Shown piece after piece: positions 9,420 through 18,789 of a DNA stretch of 64,000 nt. A program made the translations under genes and the position numbers. Each line of letters opens with the position of its first letter. The first letter of the stretch is position 1. Under the pieces are notes generated by a model. The model worked only from the letters and a program-made list of their open reading frames with translations. It was not told the origin of the DNA and searched no databases. This DNA is from an uncultured delta proteobacterium. GTDB taxonomy: Bacteria > Myxococcota_A > Polyangia > Haliangiales > Haliangiaceae. The DNA is taken from positions 1,184,001 through 1,248,000 of the forward strand of contig CAVUQH010000003.1 of assembly GCA_963743525.1 (NCBI GenBank), read 5' to 3'.

Positions 9420-11464
9420 ATGGGCATCACCGCGGAAGCAGCCGAGCGTCGACTGAAGCCGGTCCGGATCCTGGGGGCGTGTGCAGCGGCCGGTCTGGTC
9501 GCCCTGGCGCTGACCGCCGGGACCGCCATCGCTCGCGCGGACAAGCGCAACGTGGCCGTCGACGTCACCGACGAGGCCGCCTCCGTCGAGATCGCCTTCG
9601 ACCGCGCCGCCGCGACGCTGCTGGACGGTGTGCCCCCATCGGCGCTGTCCTACGCCACCCGAAGCTCGGCGGAACAGGGTGGCGGCGTCCCCGGGTTCAC
9701 CGAACAGACGCTGCTGCGCGCCGACTCGGTCAATCGGCCGCCCGCCTGTGCCGTGGACACCGATCCACTGGGTGTCGGCGATCTGCCCTCGCAGGCGCCC
9801 GTCCGCGCCGCGCTGGACGTCGCTCGTGACGGCGCCGAGCTGGTGGTCTCGGTGCCCATCGCAGCCGAGGACGCCACCTACGCCATCGCCGTCGTGCCGC
9901 TCTACCGACCGCAGGGCGCTCCGCTGTCACTGCAGGCGGGAAGCACCGTGCAGGATCGACGGTGCGCGATCGCCGGCTGGTGGCTGGGCCGGATCGACAC
10001 CGCGTCGCTGCTGGCGCAATCGCTCGCCGCCGCCCACCGCACGGACCTCGCCGCCGTGCTGGCCGACGGCGACACGGTGCTGCAGGCGAACGGCGAGCCG
10101 CGCTTCGCCGTGCCGCGAGGAGCAGATCGCTGCGTCTCCGCGGACCTGGACGCTGCTCGTCGGCGCCACGGAGGCCCCGGGCGCGCCGGGCACGGCGTGG
10201 GCGGTCGGTGCCGCCGGCGTGCTGCTCGCCCTGGGTGTGGTCGGGCTCACCTGGTGGTCGGACCGCCGACGCCAGCAGCTGACCGAGGCCCACCGCGACA
10301 CCCGGTCACAGCTCGCGCTGGTCACCGAGATCGCCCCGGTGGTGCAACAGAGCCTCGAGCTGGCCGACGTGCTCCCCACCGTCGCCCTGCGTCTCATGGA
10401 CGACCTGGGGCTCGGCGGGGTCACCTGCTCGCTGGTGGGCGACGAGGGCCGGCCCATCGACCTGTTCTCGGTCGGCACGCCGGTCGACCGCGGTGCCACG
10501 GTCCGCATGTCGGTACCCGATCAGGTCGAGGCCGGGCAGACGCTGGCCCTGGCCCTCCAGCGTGGTGGCCGCTCGGTCGGCGTGCTGCGGGTGCGTGCCG
10601 ACCGCGCCCTCGGTGCCGTCGAGCTCGGGTCGCTGGCGGTCGTCGCCGATCTGGCCGCTGCGGCCATCATCAACGCCCGCCTGTTCGAGCAACAGCAGGA
10701 GGCGGTGGCCCGGCTCCAGCAGGTCGACGAGCTCAAGACCGTCTTCCTGGGCACGGCCAGCCACGAGCTGCGGACGCCGGTGACGGCAATCGTCGGCTTC
10801 GCCCACCTGCTCACCGAGGGCTGGGACACGTTCAGCGAGTCCGACCGGCTGGAGTACACCCAGCGGATCGCCCGCAACGCCCACGCCCTCGACCGTCTGG
10901 TGCAGGACCTGCTCGACTTCGCCCGCCTGGAGCGAGGCGGCCTGCGGACCGGACCACGACCCCGTGGATCTGACGGTCGTGATCCCCCAGGCCGTCCGCG
11001 GGATCGAACCGGCCCATCCCGACCACCACCTCGAGTACGAGGTCGACGACGGCGCGGTGATCCTCGGTGACCGCAGCGGGGTCGAGCGGATCGTCAACAA
11101 CCTGATCTCCAACGCCACCAAGTACTCCCCCAGCGGGACCACGGTGCGGGTGAGCGTCCGCTGCGTCGACTCGACGGTCGAGCTCGTCGTCGACGACGAG
11201 GGGCCAGGCGTGGCCGATTCCGATCGCGAGCGCATCTTCAGCCGCTTCTACCGGGGCGCCGGCGAGGAGGTCGTGCGCACCCGTGGGGCAGGCATCGGCC
11301 TCAGCGTCGTGCAGGAGTTCGTCGAGCAGATGGACGCCGACATCAGCGTGGCCGACGCGCCCGGCGGCGGCGCCCGGTTCCTCGTCCGCTTCCCGGCTCT
11401 CGAACGCACCGAATCCGACCCCGCCCCCGTCCAGGAAGGCAGTGTCCATGTCCCCCGCACGTGA
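9420..11464 (+). CDS. Membrane sensor histidine kinase with CHASE-like extracellular and GAF-like domains (frameshifted)
   Basis: TM segments; VPLYRP...TVQDRRCAIAGWW; ASHELRTPV H-box; NLISNATKYS, DDEGPG, GAGIGL. Confidence 0.85.
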
Positions 11465-13136
11465 ACGGGTGATCGCCATCCTCGTGGTGGCCACCATCGC
11501 CATCGCCGGCATCGTCACCCTCGTCCTGCTCACCGACGCCCGCAACAGCGGCGTCGAGGCGCTCGAGGCATCGCAGACCTCCGAGGTGCTGGCCACCGCC
11601 CGCACGTTGGACGCACGCCAGGCGAATCAGATCGGTGGTGCCGGCCCGCTGTTGCGGAGCTTCGGCCTGGACTTCACCCGCGACGGTGACGACCAGAAGC
11701 AGCTCGACAGCCTGCTGGAGCTCTTCGGTGGCTCGCTGAAGACCGGGTTCTTCCTGGTCGACACCGAAGGCACGATCACCGCCGCCGCCAACATGCCCGG
11801 CGGTCCACGCGGGTTCGTGGGCGCCACATACGAACGTCCCGGTTACTCCGACCTCATCGGCCGGCCCGGCTTCTGTGGCGGGATCCTGCCAGTCGGGGAG
11901 GGACTGTCCACCGACGTCCCCACCACGGCGGTGGTGTACCCGGTGCGGAACAACCCGAATCCCAGCAATCCCTGCGATGGGCCGATCGACGGCTACTTCG
12001 TCCTCGAGAACGCCGTGACCCCCGACGACCCCACCAATGACGAGATCGCCCAGCTGCCGTCGGGTGAGACCGACGTCTGGCGGTTCGTCGACAGCAACGG
12101 CACCGTCATCGCCTCGAGCCGGCCCGGTGAGGTCGCCCAGCCGCTCGCCGACGCCCGGCTGCGCGAGCTGCCCGAAGGTTTCCACCGCCTCGGCGACCGG
12201 GTCGTCGTCTCCACGAAGCTGAAGATCTCCGGGTCCGGGTGGCAGGTGATCTTCACGCAGGACGCAGACGAGTTCCAGGAGGCACTCGCCGGTCCGCTCC
12301 AGGACGCGGGCATCCTGCTGGTCCTCGTCCTGCTGGGCATGGGCGTCGTGATCTCGGTCATGCTCGTCCGCCAGCTGCGCAACGCCCGGGCCGAGCAGCG
12401 ACGCCTCCGCGAGCTGGCCGAGGCGCAGGAGGAGTTCGTCAGCATCGTCTCCCACGAGCTGCGCACGCCGGTGGCGGGCGTCCTCGGTTTCCTCCAGACC
12501 GGGCTCGACCACTGGGACGCGCTTTCGGGCGACGAGCGGCGCCACACCGTCACCCGGGCGATGTCCAGCGCACGGCGGCTGCAGGCCCTGACACGCGACG
12601 TGCTCGACGCCCAGAGCGTCGAGACCGGCACCCTCACCTATGCCTTCGACGACGTCGACCTCCGCGACGAGGTCGCCACGGCCGTCACCGCCGCCCAGGC
12701 GGTCCACGAGCATCGGCGCTTCGAGATGGAGCTGCCCACCAGCCCGGTGCACGTGCGTGCCGACGCCGACCGGCTCCAGCAGGTGCTGACCAACCTGCTC
12801 GACAACGCCCACAACAACTCGCCGCCCGACCTCCCCATCGTCGTGTCGCTCGAACCGTCCGGAACCTCGGCTCGGGTGATGGTGCGCGACCAGGGCCCGG
12901 GACTCGATCCCGAGTCGGCCGAGCGGATCTTCGAGAAGTTCGTGCGCGGACGCTCCAGCTCGGTCACCGGGACCGGCCTCGGGCTCTACGTCAGCCGGCG
13001 CATCGTCGAAGCCCACGACGGCCACATCTGGGTCGAGTCCGGGGCCGACGAGGGCGCCCGGTTCATCTTCGAGCTTCCCATGGTGCCCTCCGGCGCTGTG
13101 CAGGCCCCCGGCGCGCCGGTTCCGAACCCCAGCTGA
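11448..13136 (+). CDS. Membrane sensor histidine kinase (Cache-like extracellular domain)
   Basis: Two TM segments, VSHELRTPV, NLLDNA, DQGPG, GTGLGL; overlaps the preceding kinase stop. Confidence 0.9.
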   Translation: MSPARERVIAILVVATIAIAGIVTLVLLTDARNSGVEALEASQTSEVLATARTLDARQANQIGGAGPLLRSFGLDFTRDGDDQKQLDSLLELFGGSLKTGFFLVDTEGTITAAANMPGGPRGFVGATYERPGYSDLIGRPGFCGGILPVGEGLSTDVPTTAVVYPVRNNPNPSNPCDGPIDGYFVLENAVTPDDPTNDEIAQLPSGETDVWRFVDSNGTVIASSRPGEVAQPLADARLRELPEGFHRLGDRVVVSTKLKISGSGWQVIFTQDADEFQEALAGPLQDAGILLVLVLLGMGVVISVMLVRQLRNARAEQRRLRELAEAQEEFVSIVSHELRTPVAGVLGFLQTGLDHWDALSGDERRHTVTRAMSSARRLQALTRDVLDAQSVETGTLTYAFDDVDLRDEVATAVTAAQAVHEHRRFEMELPTSPVHVRADADRLQQVLTNLLDNAHNNSPPDLPIVVSLEPSGTSARVMVRDQGPGLDPESAERIFEKFVRGRSSSVTGTGLGLYVSRRIVEAHDGHIWVESGADEGARFIFELPMVPSGAVQAPGAPVPNPS

Positions 13137-13164
13137 GCGGCAAGTCCCCGTCCGCGCCGGTCGA

Positions 13165-13638
13165 CTACGACGAGCCGCGCATCGCGTGCACCCGCACCGC
13201 CACGTCGTCGGGGATCGGCACCGGGGGTTCGGTGATCTCTTCGTCCTGGTCGTGCCGGTTGCGGTGGGCCACGCGCGATCCGGCGAAGGCGATGCCGAAG
13301 ACGAACGCGCCGAGCACCACGATGCCCACCAGGATCAGTCCACCGCCGAGCAGGGCGCCGACGGCGACGAGCAGGGCACCGCACACCAGACCCACCCACG
13401 GAAGGACCGAAGTCTGCTTGGTCGGGACCACGTCGGCTCCGCTGCGGGTGCCCTGGAACCGGCGCCGGACCCGGGCCTCGAAGACCTGCTGCGACAGCTC
13501 GTCAACGAGCTCGGCGCGGCCGTGCTCGATCTCGGCCAGGAGTCGGTCGATCTCGGCCCAGTCGTCCGGGCGGAGTCGCAGCGCCGGCACCTCGCCGAGC
13601 AGCCGCTGCAGCTCGGCGTCTCGATCGGCGCCGCTCAT
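13165..13638 (-). CDS. Hypothetical protein with two TM helices
   Basis: ATG overlapping the rnhB stop; MSGADRDAELQRLL...LPWVGLVCGALLVAVG. Confidence 0.7.
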   Translation of the reverse strand: MSGADRDAELQRLLGEVPALRLRPDDWAEIDRLLAEIEHGRAELVDELSQQVFEARVRRRFQGTRSGADVVPTKQTSVLPWVGLVCGALLVAVGALLGGGLILVGIVVLGAFVFGIAFAGSRVAHRNRHDQDEEITEPPVPIPDDVAVRVHAMRGSS

Positions 13639-14380
13639 CCGAAGAGCGTGCCCTGGTTCGGATCCGCCCGCAGGTGGCGGGGCACGAGTCGTACGGCGCC
13701 GGCCCACGGCAGGTGCTCCATGAACACCCACGACCGGCGATGGATGGCCGAGGGACCGACGCCGGCGAGCGCCGTCTTGTGCCGCGGGCACGGGTAGCCC
13801 TTGTTGGTCTCGAAGCTCCACCACGGGTGGGCATCGGCCTCGGCCCGCATCATGCGGTCGCGGGTCACCTTGGCCACGATCGACGCGGCGGCGATGGACA
13901 GGCAGGTGGCGTCGCCCTTGACGATCTTGCGGAGGCGTCGTCGGGACGAGGCCGCCGCCGACGAAGTCCCAGTTGCCGTCGACCAGCACGTGGTCGGGCG
14001 CCACGCCGAGCGCCCTCGAGGGCACGGCGGGCGGCCAGGCGCTGGGCCTCGGACATGCCGAGCTCGTCGCACTCGTCGGGCCAGGCGTGGCCAACGGCCC
14101 AGGCATCGGCCCAGTCGACGATGCGCTCGTACATGACCTCGCGCTCGGCCTCGGTGAGCAGCTTGGAGTCGCGGACCTTGGTAGCCGCTTGTCCTTGGGG
14201 ATCACCACCGCACCCAGCGTCAGCGGCCCGGCCCACGCGCCGCGTCCGACCTCGTCGATGCCGACCACGATGTCGTCGCCCGTCGGCCCACAGCTCGCGC
14301 TCGATGCGGGTGCCCGGCGCCTTCTTCTTGAGGCTGGGCCGCAGGGTCGGCGCCGTGGTGCGCGTGGCGGGCGGGGACAT
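13635..14380 (-). CDS. rnhB: Ribonuclease HII (frameshifted)
   Basis: VGIDEVGRGAWAGP, VRDSKLL, LVDGNWD, IVKGDATCLSIAAASIVAKVTRD, NKGYP, IHRRSW. Confidence 0.93.
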
Positions 14381-14545
14381 CGCCCGCGACGCTACGTCAG
14401 CGGACGGTGCCGGCCATCACCACCGCCGGCATCGGCAGCACGATCTCGTCCTCGACGACGAACGCCTGCGACTCGCAGGCCGCTTACCGGGCACGCCGGT
14501 GGGCCGACCTGGTGGGTGGTCGGCTCATCCGGCGGTCGGGGGGCG

Positions 14546-16018
14546 TCAGTTCGGGGGTCTGTCGGGTGGTCGGGGCAGACCGGATCCCGCTCGGGTCCCG
14601 TCGACCGGACGCCCGGTCCAGGGGTTCCCGTGCGGATCGGTGGCGACCCAGTGGCCGGTGTCGGTGTCGACGTGCAGCTGCCAGCCGTGCTCGTGGACCA
14701 GGCGGTGGTGGAACCGACAGAGCAGCGCGCCGTTGTCGACCACGGTCGGACCGTGCTGGGCACGAGGGTGGAGGTGATGGGCGTCGCACCATCGCGGCGG
14801 TCGTCGGCAGCCCGGGAACACGCAACCGCCGTCGCGGGCGGCCAGGGCGCGTCGTTGTGACCGGGTGAACTGCTCGTTGGCCGTGTTGGCGTCGAGGACG
14901 CGGTTCGGCCCGGCGAAGAGGGTGGCGATCAGGGCCGAGTCGCACAACAGTCGGCGGGCGGCCCGCTCGGTGATTGTCCAGCCCTGGGCGGTGAGGGTGA
15001 CGTCGTCGAGCTGGTCGAAGCGCCGGCCGGCCAGGGTGTGCAGGTCGAGATGGACGTTGACGCACACACCGGAGCGGGCCTTGGTGCGCCGGCGCACCCG
15101 CCGGCGCCGTTCCAGCTCCTGGCGTCGCAGCCGCCGTCGCAGGAGGTCGAGCTGGTCGAGCTCGCCGGCGTTGCGATCGGGATCCGGATCGGGGTCGGGC
15201 GGGTCGAGGAGCTCGTCGAGACCATCGCGGGTCCGGAACCCGTCGGGCGGCAGGTCGAACTCGTCGTCGAGATCGATCAGGCCGTCGGGATCGTCGGCAT
15301 CGGTTTCATCGTTGTCGAGGTGGTCGCCGTGGGTGAGTCCGAAGTGGGCCAGGTCGTCGATGGCGTCGGCTCGGCGCTCGCCCAGGCCACGTCGGTGGGG
15401 TGCGTCGGCGGGATCGGGATCGTGGCAGAAGGCGTCGATGGCGGCGGCGACGTTGAGGAACGCCGACGGGGACAGGAACGCGTGCAGCTGGCCGTCGCCG
15501 AACAACGTCTGGGACAGCTGCAACCGATGCCGCGGCTGGCGCACCAGCTCGCGTTCCTGGTCGGCCAGCTCGGCCCAGTGACGGACCACGGAGGCGAAGT
15601 CGCGATCGTCGACCAACTTGGCGTTGCTGCGCAGCAGCGCAGCGACCACCTCGTCGGTCAGGAAGCGGCGGCGATCCTCGATCACCGCGCCGGCCAGGAT
15701 CTCGGCCCGACCCATCGACAACACACCAGAAGCGAGGGCGTCGCGCAGGTCGTCGTGGTCGGCGCACAACGCCGCCACCTGCACCAACCGATCGGCCTCG
15801 CGGTAGGAGACCGGCGTGTAGGCCTCGACCCAACGCCGCGGTGTCCGACACCCCGCCGCCAACCACGCCGCCGACGGCCACAACGCCACCAACCCCAGCA
15901 CCGCATCACGCCGAGCCCCGTCGATGCGCCCGACCAGACCCGCAGCCCGGTCGAGGGCGTCTCGGGCCCGGCCCGCCACATCGGCACTGTCGGCGTAGGT
16001 GGCGGACCCGGGCTTCAT
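14546..16018 (-). CDS. DUF222 (13E12/REP13E12-like) HNH endonuclease
   Basis: Intact 490-aa ORF; RRADA, ARRLLCD, QRRALAARDGGCVFPGC..PPRWCDAHHL...GPTVVDNGALLCRFHHRLVHE. Confidence 0.9.
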   Translation of the reverse strand: MKPGSATYADSADVAGRARDALDRAAGLVGRIDGARRDAVLGLVALWPSAAWLAAGCRTPRRWVEAYTPVSYREADRLVQVAALCADHDDLRDALASGVLSMGRAEILAGAVIEDRRRFLTDEVVAALLRSNAKLVDDRDFASVVRHWAELADQERELVRQPRHRLQLSQTLFGDGQLHAFLSPSAFLNVAAAIDAFCHDPDPADAPHRRGLGERRADAIDDLAHFGLTHGDHLDNDETDADDPDGLIDLDDEFDLPPDGFRTRDGLDELLDPPDPDPDPDRNAGELDQLDLLRRRLRRQELERRRRVRRRTKARSGVCVNVHLDLHTLAGRRFDQLDDVTLTAQGWTITERAARRLLCDSALIATLFAGPNRVLDANTANEQFTRSQRRALAARDGGCVFPGCRRPPRWCDAHHLHPRAQHGPTVVDNGALLCRFHHRLVHEHGWQLHVDTDTGHWVATDPHGNPWTGRPVDGTRAGSGLPRPPDRPPN

Positions 16019-16025
16019 GGAACAA

Positions 16026-16047
16026 ATCGTACGAAGGGGGTCTGACA
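16026..16047 (-). promoter_or_regulatory. RecA-NDp/PafBC-type DNA-damage promoter
   Basis: Minus strand TGTCAG-ACCCCCTTCG-TACGAT (TGTCRG-N10-TANNNT), 7 nt before the DUF222 ATG. Confidence 0.75.
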
Positions 16048-16095
16048 AGAACCCTTCTACACGAACGGTCTGGCCTCGGTGGAGCGGCTGGACCG

Positions 16096-17118
16096 TCAGC
16101 GCCCCTCGACCTGATCGAGGAACGCCGCCACCCGGGCGAACGCCTCGGCGTTCCATCCACGATCGGGCCGCACCTCGGCGGCGAGGTCGGCTTCGAGCGC
16201 CCGCAGCCGGTCGTGCGCCGACTCGGGCAGCGCGTCGAAGCGCTCCCACGCCGGCACGTCGCCCAGCGGCTCGCCGACCACGACGGGCACGAAGATCGAC
16301 CGGCACGGCTGGCCGAGGACCACGTGGGCGATCCGCGGGCCACGGGCGTGAGCTCGGCGACCATCGGCCGTGGTGGCCTCGTGCGGCGTGCATGCAGATC
16401 GTCCAGCCGTCGTCGCCGCCGGCGTGGCTGCGCAGGTGCTCCTTCATCGCCCGATCGACCGGGCCGGCTGGCGCAGGGCCGCGGTCGACGCCTGCCAACC
16501 GGGGGTGGACCAGCAGTGTCGATGAGCGTTGCGAGGCCCGTGCTCGGCGTCGAAGCGGGGATGGTGGTGCGGTTGGAGATGGCGCGCCGGTCGACGACAC
16601 CTCCTCGACGGCGCGGGCGTGCCCACTGGTCTCCACCACGAACGCCGCGGACGCCGGATCGGCGAGCAGGAACGACGACCAGTACGGCTGCTTGCCGCCC
16701 TCGTGGCCGGCGCCGCCCTGCCCGTACCGCTCGAGTGGTCGCAGCGATCACCGAGACCCCGGCCCGGCGTCGCAGCCCGCTCGAGCACCAGGCGCACCAG
16801 GTCCATGCCGACGAGGGCGTCCGGGAACTCGTGCGGGTCCAGCGTGGTGAAGACGGCCTCGTTGCCGACGGCGAGACCGGCCTCGTTGACGCCGTGCTCC
16901 AACCCCCACATCCATCTCGGGCGCGAGCCGAGCACGCCCGAGGTCGGACCGAGGCCGGGTCGACCTCGATGTACGTGTGCCACGTACCGGCCGCCGTCGC
17001 GCCGGGACGGGTGCCACTCGAGATCCTGGGGCTCGGTCGGGGGCCGGTCGCTGTTCTTGGCGAAGACCGTACCGCCGGTCGAGGTGGCGGCGGGCAGGGC
17101 GCAGAGCGTGTCGCACAT
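16096..17118 (-). CDS. Peptidase C69/secernin-like Ntn hydrolase (frameshifted)
   Basis: MCDT N-terminal nucleophile, FAKNSDRP, SRPRWMWGLEHGVNEAGLAVGNEAV, GMDLVRL, ISN, GQPCRSIFVP. Confidence 0.85.
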
Positions 17119-17174
17119 GGTCCTCGCAGTCTCGCACCCACGATCGACGTCCGCGGTCCCTACGATTCGCCGGC

Positions 17175-17981
17175 ATGGACCACCTCCGCGTCCGTCCCGG
17201 CACCGAGCTCGCGCCTCGCCGACATCGACACCCGCGCCACGCCCGGCCTCGACGGCGTCCAAGCACGATGGCAAGGCGGTCCTCGCGCGAACGCCGCCAG
17301 CGCCTGGCCGAGCTGCAGGAGCTGCTCTACGCCGACGGACAGCCACCGCTGCTGCTCGTACTGCAGGCGATGGACACCGGGGGCAAGGACGGCACGATCC
17401 GGCACGTGTTCCACGAGGTCAACCCGATCGGGGTCCACGTCCGGCCGTTCGGGGTCCCGAGCGAGAACGAGCTGGCCCACGACTACCTCTGGCGCGCCCA
17501 CGCCAAGGTCCCGGCCGCTGGCGAGCTCGTGATCTTCAACCGCAGCCACTACGAGGACGTCCTCGTCACCCGCGTGCACGGGTTGGTGGACGACGACCGG
17601 GCTCGCCGGCGTTTCGGACACATCCGTGACTTCGAGCAGATGCTCACGGACGAGGGCACCACCATGGTCAAGTTCTTCCTGCACATCTCGGCCGACGAGC
17701 AGGCCGAGCGCCTGCAGGCCCGGTTGGACGAGCCCGACAAGCGCTGGAAGTTCTCCTCCGGTGACCTCGCCGAGCGCGGCCGGTGGCACGAGTACCAGCG
17801 GGTCTACGAGGAGGCGATCGCCGCGACCAGCACCGACCGGGCGCCTTGGTACGTCATCCCCGCCGATCGGAAGTGGTACCGGAACCTGGCCGTCTGCACG
17901 ATCCTCGTCCACGTCCTCGAAGGACTCGGGATGCGCTACCCCGAGCGCGACGACCTTCCCGCCCACCTCGAGATCGACTGA
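17175..17981 (+). CDS. ppk2: Polyphosphate kinase 2 family (class III-like), frameshifted near the start
   Basis: QAMDTGGKDGTIRH, HDYLWR, FNRSHYEDV, KRWKF, APWYVIPADRKWYRN. Confidence 0.92.
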   Translation: MDHLRVRPGTELAPRRHRHPRHARPRRRPSTMARRSSRERRQRLAELQELLYADGQPPLLLVLQAMDTGGKDGTIRHVFHEVNPIGVHVRPFGVPSENELAHDYLWRAHAKVPAAGELVIFNRSHYEDVLVTRVHGLVDDDRARRRFGHIRDFEQMLTDEGTTMVKFFLHISADEQAERLQARLDEPDKRWKFSSGDLAERGRWHEYQRVYEEAIAATSTDRAPWYVIPADRKWYRNLAVCTILVHVLEGLGMRYPERDDLPAHLEID

Positions 17982-17985
17982 CACC

Positions 17986-18786
17986 GTGCCGGCACTGACC
18001 AACGGGAGCATCGACCTCTGGTACGCCGAGCGTGGAGACCCCACGGGTCCGCCCGTCGTCCTGCTGCACGGCCTGTTCTTCTCCCGGCGCCTCTTCGAGC
18101 GGGTGGCCGCCCGCCTGCCCGGCTACCGGCTGTTGCTGCTCGACCTGCGGGGCCATGGCCGCTCGTCCCGGCCGGTGGACGCCGAGGCGTACCGATGGCC
18201 GGGCCTGGCGTCCGACGTCACCGCCCTGCTCGACCACCTCGACATCGAGCGCGCCACGGTCGGCGGCCTGTCGCTCGGTGCGAACGTCACGCTCGCGGTG
18301 GCCGCCGAGCATCCCGAGCGACTCACCGCGACCATCGTCGAGATGCCGGTGCTGGAAGCCGGACGACCGCAGGCCGAGCGCACCTTCCGTCCACTGGCCG
18401 CGGCACTCGACGTCGGTGGGGCGCTCCTCCGGCCGGCGGCTCGGGCCGCGGCCCCGCTGCGCCGGTCACGCGTCCCGGAACTGGCGGTCGCCGCCGACCC
18501 GCGTCGCTCGACCCGACCGCCGGGGCGGCCATGCTGCGCACGCTCCTCGACGACCACCAGACGGTGCTCGACGGCGTCCGACGCCCTCGCGGCGGGCCGG
18601 GTGCCAACCCTGGTCATCGCCCATCGCGGCGACACCCTGCACCCGGTGAACGACGCCCGGTACTCACCGACCGCGTGCCCGGCGCCCGGCTCGTGATCAC
18701 GTCGTCGATCCTCGAGCTGCGCCTGCGTACGCGGCGCTACGCAGATCTGCTGGGCAGCTTCCTGAACGACGTGACGGCGCGTCTGA
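17986..18786 (+). CDS. Alpha/beta fold hydrolase (frameshifted)
   Basis: VVLLHGL, DLRGHGRS, GLSLG, DTLHP. Confidence 0.8.
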
Positions 18787-18789
18787 GCG

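Noticed and set aside
14381..16095. Defined mobile-element ends around the DUF222 gene
   Set aside because: No terminal inverted repeats or target-site duplication could be identified, so only the CDS is reported
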